Assembly: GCA_010093705.1 (NCBI GenBank)
Contig: MU006096.1
Coordinates: 642,004 to 706,003, forward strand
Direction: 5' to 3'
DNA length: 64,000 bases
DNA from: Patellaria atrata CBS 101060
Taxonomy: Eukaryota
In this document: piece by piece, positions 24,697 to 35,551 of the stretch
Layout of the letters: each line of letters begins with the position of its first letter
How positions within the stretch are numbered: the first letter of the stretch is position 1
Program-made: the position numbers and the translations under genes
The notes under the pieces: generated by a model
Database searches by the model: none
What the model was told of the DNA's origin: nothing
What the model saw: the letters and a program-made list of their open reading frames with translations, nothing else

Positions 24697-26939
24697 TTAC
24701 CAGGTTACCCCTTGCTGGACATAAGCGCCTGCTTCGAGTGCCGGGATGGAGAACCCATATCCATCCGTCTTGCCTTCACGATCTTGCGGAGAGATCTCAA
24801 CCCTCAAAGTAACATCGACGCCGTACAATCCACCCAATCCCGTCTGTTTCAGACCGTTTGAGGCAGCATGATTCGTGCCTGCTCCTTGTTCACCGGAGTG
24901 AATGGGACGACGTGGATTCTTGATGTCAATGTGCTCACTTGATTCACCATTTGCGCTGTTACCATTAGCAGGCAGAATCGAACTGCTGTTTCCAACTCTA
25001 CCATCGGCGATATCTAGGGCATCATGACTCTCTGCGATGATCGCGTAGTTGCGGCTAGGCATCGTGGAATGGTTTTTGGATCTGGTCTTGCTCTTGATTC
25101 CTTCTACTTTCTCACCTTCGTCGTTGATGACACCCGGGTCACGATCGAAGATCTCCAAGAGAGTTTCATCCGTATCATGGTCAAGATGATGGATCTTGTT
25201 TCTTCTAGCTAAAAGATCCGCTACTGCTTGGGGTGGCGGTTTGTTGGTGATGGCTGAACTAATGATATTCGGCATATATCGCCAGTCCTGTTCTGCTGGA
25301 ATCTTGAGCTTAGGATTACTGTAGAAGCGGCCGATAGCAGCAAGATGGACATCTCCGCTAAGGATGGATATACGGACATTCCTCTCCTTTGACAGCTTTT
25401 GCAAACTTTGGACAAGCTCTCGACGCTCATGTTTATGTTGATGAGCGGCATAATGATCATCAAGATCATCAAGAAGATCGACTTGACCGTCAAACTGATT
25501 GAACAAGCCTCCCGCTATACCGAAACGCTTATTTAGGAAACGGATTGGGCCAATAATTGGGGATGAAAGGATGTTCTCGAGCCATTGGAGGCGAGGGTAA
25601 GCAATGGGAACTCCCAAGAGAAGAATAAGATGCTTGATTTCCTTATTCGCGGATAATTCCTTGTCAATACGGCCAAAGAAAAGTTCATATGTTTCAGGAT
25701 AATTGATTTGATGGCGTGTTCGTTCAGTACGAGCATCGATTCCAGCAAACGCGATGCGAGCACCTAACTGGCAATAGATATTCCGGCTACGCTCTTCAAC
25801 ATACGGACCTGGTTTCGGGCCAATGATGTATGATGGATCCTCCTGTGTTTCCTTCATGACGAAAGTATCATGTAATTGATTAGGGTCGGCAGAGGTACCT
25901 TCCTTGTTATCAGCCATCGTGTTTGGCTCATCAGTGGTGAAGGTGCTTTTTGCGGGGGCAATATGATGCTGAAAGAGTAAGTAGTATCTGAAGATATGTC
26001 AGTCATATTTCCTCAATGCGAGATTGAGACGAACTTGTGAGCCACTCCACCGATTCCACGAAACACACCACAACGCATAAATCGATCAGTGTAGGATCCA
26101 AAGCCATCAATAATATCATGATCATCCCAAATGTTAAGCTGAGCTATCTGGCCATTCGCAGCCGAAAATGGTTCCGTATTGTACCAACGGACATAGTTCT
26201 GGTAGTAATACTCATCGCAATCGGCGCGCATCTTTTCATTAAATGGATAATGTCGTCTTTTTTGTGGATTGTGCACGGCTGTCCAAGGTTTGAGGGGTCC
26301 ATCCACGCGCACACCATCGTTATAGATCTGATCTCCACCACCAATCATAACGTGGAAAGGCTTGCTAGAATGCATGCGAAGGACGTCATTCCACAGTGAA
26401 GGGCCTTTCCAAGCATCCATGTCTGTTCCAACGCTAAAGCCATTACAGGAGTGAAATAATATCCGCATGGATTGTATTCTTGACGGTACTACGAACGACT
26501 GAGTCCCCTTTCGGCCTTCTTCATCGGATCCTACGACATGGAGTTTTGGAATGGTATATTCCCACCTTGCCTCGTATGGTTGTATGGGGGAATCGATCCT
26601 GAAGCGGAAAAATGCCTTGTTCGGATCCTCGTACAACTTTTCTCCTTCGAAGCTCCGTGACTTCTCTCCACTTTCAGTACCATTGGACCCTCCCGCATCT
26701 CCAATAGGACCAAGGCAGCGCAGATGCAGTTGTGGATCAACCTGACCAGGTTTGGTCACAATAAGTACACTTCCATGCCATATTGGAACATCTGAATTGA
26801 CGTCGCTCATATGCCTGTAGTTGAGTAGAGGCCCACATATAACCTCAAGCTGGTCTGAGGTGCTAACGATTTGAGGTCCTCTTCCGTAACCACCGTTACT
26901 GTTGTGGGCCAGGTTTGAGCTTTCTGGTTGCTGATCCAT
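24697..26939 (-). CDS. PhoD-like metallophosphatase domain protein
   Basis: FHSCNGFS, GGGDQIYND, WDDHDIIDGFGSY, LDDLDDHY, SGDVHLAA. Intron 26034-25988. Confidence 0.88.
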
Positions 26940-28104
26940 GATCGAGTTTGCAGGTCGGAGAAATTATTGTAATTGTGTATGACCTTTCTTTATCGTAATC
27001 GACGCGGAAGGCGAAAGGAGTGACTCGAGAATCGAAATGGGAGGTATATGACTCGTTGAAGTAGCTGCGAAACCTGAGCTTTGCTATCAATCAATAGTAA
27101 CACGAACGTAACACAAGGAATGCGCTGAAACCTGTTATAAAAGCGCGATCACTGCGCATATGAAAAAGTTCTGCAGCAGTAGATAATGAAGTTGGAATAG
27201 CTCAGTAGAAAAAAGAGCGTGTTGGATGCATATGTTTCAAGAAAGAGGTCTAATTCTAAAGGGCAAGAGTGGCTTGCAGCACTGAGGCTGGCGTGAGCAG
27301 CTGAAAGACGTCAACAAGCTTTTAGCTGCTTGCCCAGTGCATCGCCAAATCAAGGAATTTGTGTGCCTTTCATCCACTTGCCACACATTTGGTTATCTGC
27401 TTAGGATGCAATGCCCCGAGATATCCGGCTGATCCTGGGCTTTTATATTTTCTGTACGTCGCAACGCGTAATCCAGCTTGGAAATATATTTGGGCACAGA
27501 GCATATGAGAGCTTCGAGTAAACCGAATACCATGATATTGATTGGTCAATCTGGCCCCCGACCTCTGGCATCTCTAAGTTACCTTCGATATCAGTACTGA
27601 GAATGTAATATACAAAGTATGAACGTACAAAAATACGATCGCACACATCTGGACATTTATTAGGAGCAAATACTTGACCCACATAGGATGTTATATTCTC
27701 TGCGACTGGGTTTCTGAATTTCAACGTCCTACCATTGAAAACAGTTAAGTTGTATCCAGGAGCCCACAGTTGCGATAGCTATCAATCGCTTTACTAGTAA
27801 CGAAGCATGAGCTTGAAGCTCTGCAGTACATAATTGCAGTTGGTTGGTGCTTTCAGGTATTGTACGATTTAGATTAGTCTGTTTATCATGCTATATCGCA
27901 ATCTCCTATCGGTATGTAGTGACGGCAGGACATTCTATGTCCCCATTTATATCGTAATATTGCTATCAAAATGTTAGAATGAACCCATTGGTTACATGAG
28001 CTGTATATACCTTCCTTTTTCCTTTTTATCCATGGACGAAGACAGAGATAGAACCTCAGCGACGTTCCGTATGAGCAAGTGTATCCATAGCAGCGTCTTC
28101 CGCC

Positions 28105-28911
28105 TTAAATATCCGGAGGAATATGGAATTTAAACTTCTTATTCGCTCTCTCCGCCGGCCGAATCTCAAACTGATCTCCATGTAATTCAAAAACTAAGCT
28201 CTTCGGTTTCGTCATCTCCGCTTCTACACCATCACCCTCCTTACCCTCCTCCTCTCCCTCCTGATCCCCCACAAACGGAACTTCAAACCTAAACACCGTA
28301 TGCGCCTTCGGAATAGCTACTCTTATTAGCCTCATCCCCAAATCCCACTTTAGGAACTTACTCCACACCCTATCCCCCGTCCCCACAACCACAAAAGCGC
28401 CTCTAGTCTCCTTAACCACGAACCCCCTCAACCCCACCCTAGTCACACACCTGCATCTAACAACCTCAACCTCCGCCCCGTGAAAATCCGCACTCGCCAG
28501 CAACGGGCCCGCCGTATCCTTCACCACGTATCCCCCACCCGGACCACCCAACCCAAGCACATCCCTAATATAACCCGCCCAAATCCCACTCAAGCCCCTA
28601 AAAACCTCATACCTCACCTCCCCGCTCTGCACATCATGAACCCCCAACTTCCTTTTCTCCTTTGCGGACAGCGGTCGCGGTTTCCTCCGCCTCTTTTCCT
28701 TCTCCTTCTCTTTGCGCTCGCGGGCTCTTTGGCGCTGGGTTCGCGCGTCGGGGTGAGTGGAGGGTGTGGCGGGTGGGGACGAGGGACGGAGGAGGAGGGG
28801 CCGGCGGACGATGTGGGAGAGGAAAATCTCGTTGGCGATGTCGGGGGCGTGGGAGCGGAGGAGGAGGTTCAGGGCGGCGTGTTGGGTTTCGGGGGGAGTG
28901 GTGGAATGCAT
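28105..28911 (-). CDS. POP4: RNase P/MRP subunit p29
   Basis: KPRPLSAKEKRKLG, LASADFHGAEVEV, IPKAHTVFRFE, ELHGDQF..RPAERANKKFK. 45-nt in-frame intron 28361-28317. Confidence 0.9.
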   Translation of the reverse strand: MHSTTPPETQHAALNLLLRSHAPDIANEIFLSHIVRRPLLLRPSSPPATPSTHPDARTQRQRARERKEKEKEKRRRKPRPLSAKEKRKLGVHDVQSGEVRYEVFRGLSGIWAGYIRDVLGLGGPGGGYVVKDTAGPLLASADFHGAEVEVVRCRCVTRVGLRGFVVKETRGAFVVVGTGDRVWSKFLKWDLGMRLIRVAIPKAHTVFRFEVPFVGDQEGEEEGKEGDGVEAEMTKPKSLVFELHGDQFEIRPAERANKKFKFHIPPDI

Positions 28912-29394
28912 TGGGAGGTAGAGGCCGTTGTGTTTGGGGGTAGGTATTGTGTAGAGTAGTAAACTAGATTTAATTTCAACAAACAGGTATATTTTGTGCA
29001 TGAGTCGTGCATGGAGCTGTTTGAGCTGTGTGACTCGGGTAGAACGCATGGTCCGAGCCATATCCGAAATCTTGGCATATTACAAAATCTCTTTGAAAGG
29101 GTGTGATATTTTTTGGTCATTAGTTAAACGTTTAGTGATACAATGAATTTATATATTTATCTGAAATCTCGTGGAAAAGTCTCGTAGATTCATGTGCGAT
29201 ATGAAAAATTTTAGATGAGGTGGTAAAAAGTGAAGTTTCCAAAAATGCGACGTTGAACGCAAAGTTGGGCCCGTGCTCTATAGTCACGTGAAGGTGATCG
29301 TTTGTTTAGGGATTCTTCATATTGTACTTCTGAATATCCTCAAACCAAAGGCCCTATTTAATATTTTACTAAGGGGCGGCTGTATCTTCATTTC

Positions 29395-29573
29395 TGTCGT
29401 GATGCAGTTGGTTCTTTCCTTTGTCACTTTCCTTTAGTCAAGTGTTCGAATCCCATCCCCCAACGAACTGATATCACGGCTTAATATTGGAATTATTACT
29501 CCATGAAAAACTAGGCTTTTCTGGACCCTCATCGAAGCCTAGCCTCGATGAGGGTGCTGTTTTGCCTTTTTTT
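29395..29573 (+). ncRNA. Putative Pol III small RNA, copy 1 (A/B boxes, 2x TTTCCTTT(A)GTCA, 3' hairpins, T7)
   Basis: A-box-like TGATGCAGTTGG 29400-29411; repeats 29415-29426 and 29428-29440; B-box GTTCGAATCC 29444-29453; 29396-29413 pairs with 29462-29480; 11-bp hairpin 29525-29555; T7 at 29567-29573. Confidence 0.6.
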
Positions 29574-29577
29574 CTCC

Positions 29578-31941
29578 CTATAGGCGAGATTTTTTTAAAG
29601 CCTTTGCTGTTGCTCCATCTATCCCTTTACCATCTTTGTTCTGATATGCTACATCATCTTTGTTCGCCAACTCAATTACCTTCTCAGCAGCCTCTTCGAA
29701 GTCGTCAAACGCATACAGTGGTAGTCCACTCTCCGTAATCTGAGTAACAGATCATTAGCTCCGTACTCAACGCCCTAATCTGAAGGGAATGGTACTCACT
29801 ATTTGTTGCCCCAGCTTCTCATTCGTACCCCTAATCCTCACCACAACCGGTACGCGCATGTCTAACTCTTCAAACGCCATGATGACTCCTTTAGCAATCA
29901 TATCGCCCAAGGTGAGTCCGCCAAAAATATTCACAAACACGACCTTGACCCGGGGATCCTGTAGAATGAGCTCAAAGCTCTTCTTCACTGTTTCTGATGT
30001 GGCCTTCCCTCCAGTGTCTAGAAAGTTCGCCGCCTTTCCCCCGCGCCGAGCTAGTGCATCAACTGTATTCATGGCAAGTCCGGCACCATTTACTAGAGTT
30101 CCAATATTCGCGGTACTGTCCGTTGGATCATGGAGCTTGATATATATGATGCCATCTTTTTCCGCTTCTACTTCTGGTACTTCAATCGTTGTAATCTTCC
30201 TCAAGGAGTGAATATCCTGCTGTCGCTTTGCGGTCCTAAAACTTGAGTCGTCGAAGGAAAACTTAGGGTTGCTTATAAGGAGATCGTCTGTGTCATTTGA
30301 GACTGATATCTGAGTTTCCAGAGTGAGTGCTTCTCTCTCCTTGAACATGGTAACAAGTGTCTGAATTAGTTTGACTGTCCTCGATTTCGCAACTCTTGGT
30401 GCGGAGTCTAATTGTAGGTACTCTAAGACTTCCGTTATAGTCTGGTTGCTCGGTCCTTCCATATAACTATAGGGGAATGATTTTGATCTTTTACGTATCT
30501 TATTTGGATTTGTTGTGCGTGAAACAATAATACAGGGGCAACGATTGGATCTATCGATGGTGACTGCTAGCAACTGTAATTCTGATAGTTTCGTTGGGGA
30601 TGTTGCAGTCCCAAATCCATACGTTCGTAACAAATCTGAAGACTGATCAGTTCCTAAGTGCAGATTACGCCGCTGTAATATGTTACGTTCCATATTACGG
30701 ACCATAGGACGGCGTCCTATGGTATGGTATCCTCTATGTTGACTTGAAAATGTCGACTGAAATTGGATCAGAAATGATTCGAGTATGAGTATATTCAACG
30801 TACGATGGAGTGATGACTACCGCCATAATGCGAAAGCAAGATTTTCATTACACGACCAAACTTCGCCGGATGATCCACCATTATAACGCCAGCATCTTGA
30901 AGAGATTTATACTTAAATCTCAATTTGGGATCGCCTGGTGACTCGAAGGCACCTGCATGTCCGTAGATCTTGCCTTCTTGCCAGCAATAACCACCAAGTA
31001 AAGCTGCGATTGGCCTATTGTTGTATTAGTCTCGTCGGTCGGGATTCTGATATTATTATCTTACTTTGGTTTCCGTGTACGCTTTTTGTACTCGTTAACC
31101 CATTCAGCAGCATGAATTTCTGTATTCCCCCCAACTTCTCCTATTAAGATTATAGCTTCTGTATCATCGTCTGTCTCCAATGCTGATAGACCATCTACGA
31201 AATCAGTACCTGCAACGATATCACCACCCATGCCTATGCAGAGACTCTGGCCAAGACCAGCGCGCGTCAAAGAAGCAACTGTCTCGTAACTTAGAGTACC
31301 GGATTTCGCTATGATGCCAATGTTGCCAGGCGAAAATGCCGGTAATGGTTGAAATCCAATCCGGCATTTTCCAATAGCTGATATAATACCAGGGGCGTTC
31401 GCACCTACAAGCCTGGACTTTGACTGGCTATTAAGAATCGAATGTATCTAAAGCGGTTCAGATGGCGATGATAGTATACTTTATAGCTAACTTTAAGGCT
31501 TACCCTTAGCATATCGTGAACCGGTATGTGTTCTGCAACCGCCACAATCAATGGTATCTCGGCTTCAATGGCTTCTTCAATCGCAGCAGCTGCATGCTGT
31601 GCGGAGACGAAGACAGCTGTAGCGTCGGGTTTCAATTGCTCCTTCGCTGCTCGAACACTAGGCAAGACAGGTAGACCAAGATGCTCCCCAGTCTTGTTCG
31701 GTGTTACTCCTCCTACGATTTTCGTCCCATACTCGATTGACTGCTTTGCATTGGCTGTTGCTTGCTTTCCTGTAAACCCCTGGTAAAGGACTCGCGTATG
31801 TTTCCCTATTCTAAGATTGGAGATTGTATCTGCGTAGACTTGATGTTTTTGGCTTGTAGAAAAGTTGGCCCGCGAATGACATCTTAAAATTGAAAAGAAT
31901 GGAATTGGTTTTGTGCTGCTATGGAAATGATGGGAAAGCAT
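29578..31941 (-). CDS. Fused succinyl-CoA synthetase alpha + truncated beta subunit-like CoA ligase (716 aa) with C-terminal SRL
   Basis: Exons 31941-31504, 31447-31065, 31014-30804, 30756-29800, 29739-29578 (sum 2151 nt, in frame). Alpha motifs QGFTGKQAT, IIAKSGTLSYE and phospho-His GHAGA; beta motifs VNGAGLAMNTVD, ANFLDTGG, VNIFGG. Confidence 0.85.
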
Positions 31942-32666
31942 CGTACGAAACGGTAACTAAAGAAAGACGAATCTCTTGTAACTGAACACATAAAAAGCTT
32001 TTCACTTCTACCCTGTTACGTACAGGTCGCGTGCTATATAGTAATCACAGTATTTTTAAAGTTACATACTCTTACATACCGTCTATGTAGCCCCAATCTA
32101 TGCTCTAGAAAGAACTTGAGGTGGAAGAAAAGATCATTTCAGAAAAAGGGCCGGAAATATCGGTGGAGGGAAATAACGCTCTCCTCCTAATTATTACGGG
32201 AGGATGCCGTATCCGACCTCGGATAGCCGTCATAGAGATGACGCAGCATTATCTCCTTAATCCTACTGTAATAATAATCATGGCTTTACAAAGGACGTTA
32301 TGGAACGATAATGATAAAGGCTTCGAGTATTCTGTTGATATGTTTTCCAGCTCCCATTCGCGAGACGCCAGTCTAGGTCGAACGGAGCTCAATACGGGCA
32401 ATTTCAGGGACGATCGAGGGGTTCCCAAAGCTGCACCTTTCCTCTCCACTTTTCAATGGTATGAAGGGTCCACAGGCCACGCAAGTGACAATTCAACTCC
32501 TTGCAAGTAGGAAGGCGCGAGTGTAGTGATAGCCTTTGTATATATTTCCCTAACCTCCAATTCTCCGTCGTATCTCTGTGTTCCACGACATCTATCCTCG
32601 CCGTCACCCTAGATACTGTACTATATTTGTATCACTTTCCGTGTGATAAAATAACACAAAATTACC

Positions 32667-33215
32667 ATGGCACCCCCTCAAACCCTCGACACCTCCCTCC
32701 AAAAACTCAACCTCTCCACCACCACCCCTCGCAAGTCGGCGAAGAAGCCCAAAGCCCCCGCCGTAGCCGACTCCTGGGAAGATGAAGCGTCCTCGTCCTC
32801 AGACACAGAAACCGAAACCGCACCCACCACCACCTCTCTGCAATCCCTGCGTACCGAATCTCCCTGCGCACCGCCTCCCACGCCCGCGTCTCCCACGGGT
32901 CACTCAACCCTCTTTTCGTACGACAATTCGGACTTCACGTCTCCGACGAGGTATGGGCGGTCGGATGAGAACCGAGGACATGGCGGTGAGACTGGCAGAG
33001 ATCTGGAACGCAGGCCGGAGAAGACAACGGCTGTGGCGGGGAGAATGATAGCTGCGGGGTTGGGGTTGAGGGCACCGAAGAAGACAGAGGAGCAGAGGGC
33101 ATATGACAAAGCGATGAGAGAGAAGGAAGCGAAGAGGCGGCAGGAAGAGAGGGAGGCGCAGGTTAGAGCAAAGGAAGAGGTGGAGAGGAAGAAGAGGGCA
33201 GTATGGGAGGATTGA
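32667..33215 (+). CDS. Conserved hypothetical protein with SUZ-C-like motif and C-terminal coiled coil
   Basis: 182-aa ORF with VADSWEDE, RPEKTTAVAGRMIAAGLGLR and a charged tail ending VWED. Confidence 0.75.
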   Translation: MAPPQTLDTSLQKLNLSTTTPRKSAKKPKAPAVADSWEDEASSSSDTETETAPTTTSLQSLRTESPCAPPPTPASPTGHSTLFSYDNSDFTSPTRYGRSDENRGHGGETGRDLERRPEKTTAVAGRMIAAGLGLRAPKKTEEQRAYDKAMREKEAKRRQEEREAQVRAKEEVERKKRAVWED

Positions 33216-33686
33216 GAGTTGGGTTATGAGTGAATTGCTGAGTTGTTCCCGTTTTGTGAGATTGTTTGTACGATTATGGGGCGGGAAGCTGTAGCATGGA
33301 GTTCAGGTGATATGAATGGTCGGTAGGGATGGCTATCTCAGTTATTCACTTGAGCGTGCAACATGTGGTATAACATCGATACAAGCATACCAACCGGATT
33401 AATGAGTGTTCAGATGCTTTTCTCTCGCTATATTGACTATGAAATTACACGCACTTTGCAAGAGAGCCGCCTGGGATGACACCTACAGCGCCTTTGACAT
33501 GCCCTGAAATGTGTGAAAGGATGTACCACAACTGTCTGCCGTTCGTGAAAGACATGTTCTCCATGAATCATAATGCTCACTGAAGACTGAATAAACGCCG
33601 AAGTTCCAATCGCAATGCCCAAATCGTTGGATGTGGAAGTTGGCTTGCTTTAGATTGTAGATGAGGAGAGTTCGGGTGAATATCCA

Positions 33687-34102
33687 TCAGCCGCCAATCT
33701 GCTCTTGGTGGACTTCTAATGTATCGCCGTCCTGCATCTCGAGCTGTGCGATTGTTAGTGCTGTTACTATGAAGGCCAGATGTTGTTAAATGCTTGTCTG
33801 AGACTGTTCTGAACACAAGCAGATACTGATTCTATCCCGATGTATCCATAAGAACTGCAACTCACCATCTCTGGGTTGTCTGTGGCGGCCACACGTTGAC
33901 CATCAAACAGGAAACGGACACTTGAAGGTGACTTTCCTTGCCTCTCGCAGAAGGCATCCATCAACTTCTTGAGTGCTGTTGTACGCTTGATTTTGAAGAA
34001 CACCTCATTGTTGTTGTCGGTAACCTTGATATTGAGATGCTCAGTTTGTGGCGGTGCGTCTTCTGGTTTCTGCATGTTACCGGGTGATGCGTTTTCGGAC
34101 AT
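33687..34102 (-). CDS. SMT3: SUMO (small ubiquitin-like modifier)
   Basis: EHLNIKVTDNNNEVFFKIKRTTALKKLMDAFCERQGK; intron 33865-33744; exon 2 LEMQDGDTLEVHQEQIGG-stop. Confidence 0.97.
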
Positions 34103-35551
34103 ATCTAGTCACTGTTGAAGGATTGAGTTTTGTCTAGAGGGAATTTTGAGCGCGTCGAAGTGCTGGTTATGATGTGTAGGCAGCACTAGGCAAAGTTAGT
34201 GGGGTTGAAAGAAAGAAAAGAAAGGAAGTGCAGCGAGGCTGGTAGACGTTTGGTGGGCTAAAAGGCGTCTTTCGCTTTAAGTACCTTTGAAGGAGACTGG
34301 GATTACGCTCTTTTAACTCCGGCAAATCAATGTCACGGGTGCGTAGGTAAAAGTGAACGTAATCTCACTTTTATAGATGTATTTACCAGTGGCAAAAGAG
34401 GGATGCTGCCCGGATCACCAAAGGAACGGGGGGGAACGCGTCGTTGGGCATGAGCAAGAGAAGTTGGAGAGAAGAAATGATGAGGTGGGGTTACAAGTTC
34501 ATCAGTGCCAGTCACGTCGTTTGTAAGATTATCAACATTTTCACGAGGCAAACTGTCATATCCAACTCTTCATCGAACGGGGTTTCATTCTGTCTCTCTA
34601 AACTAGCGGTTGAGAAGCAATGGTAATCTTCCAATTTCCAATACCAAACCTCCCAAAGCTCAACCAGGTGTCGTCACTAACTCATACAAATGAATAGGGG
34701 TTAGAAGACGATTTGAAGACAGATCCACCATGTCATCCCAGAGCATGTGCTATACAAAGTATGTCCTCTTGGAATTCCTGATGGGGTTCTGTAGGACAGC
34801 AGAATTGGCAATTAATCCGTGAGATAGATTGCCTCCAAAAGTCCAATTATAATGAGGACAAATGTAGGAAAGAAGTACGTCTATCGTATAGAAATACAAG
34901 CCCTGGCAACAATGTTGACCTTCTCTTATCTAGGTTGATGCATTATACGAGTGTTGTAATGCCTTTTATAAAACGAATGGGGACGATGCAAAGACCGTGA
35001 GCTGTCCAAAGCCATCTCTTTTGCGGTGAGCTTTCCTGATGTTCTGCACACTACCTAGCCATTCTGACCACAGTATATCATAGACTAAAAATGAAACAGA
35101 GAAGTCAGGAAGCATAGTATTCACGGGCGAGGGGAAAGGGTACGAAGTGTACAAGTATATGTCACGCCCTGTTCGGAATCACCATTTCATTCCCACATAA
35201 TAAACGGAGGTAATGGCGGGTTTGAAAGAAGACGTATTTTGTTTCTAAGGCATTCTTGAGCGCGCAAAGAGACCGCAATGGATCTGTATAAACATTAATT
35301 AGGTTCATACCGAGACTCTAAATAGAAGCCTACAAGACATTGTAGAGAAAAGGAAATTTGAAAAAGCGAAGGTCGGGATCCCGACAATTTATGGGAAATT
35401 TTTTAGCGGAGCCTACACGCCAAGCAAATGGTCGCGTTGTACCTTTCGAGCTCCCTGTTTTGCGACTGTTAACAACAGGACCTGAACGTGACTTCTATCT
35501 CTTCACATTCTGCCATCTACTCTTTACTTAATATTTGAAGATCCAGACGCA

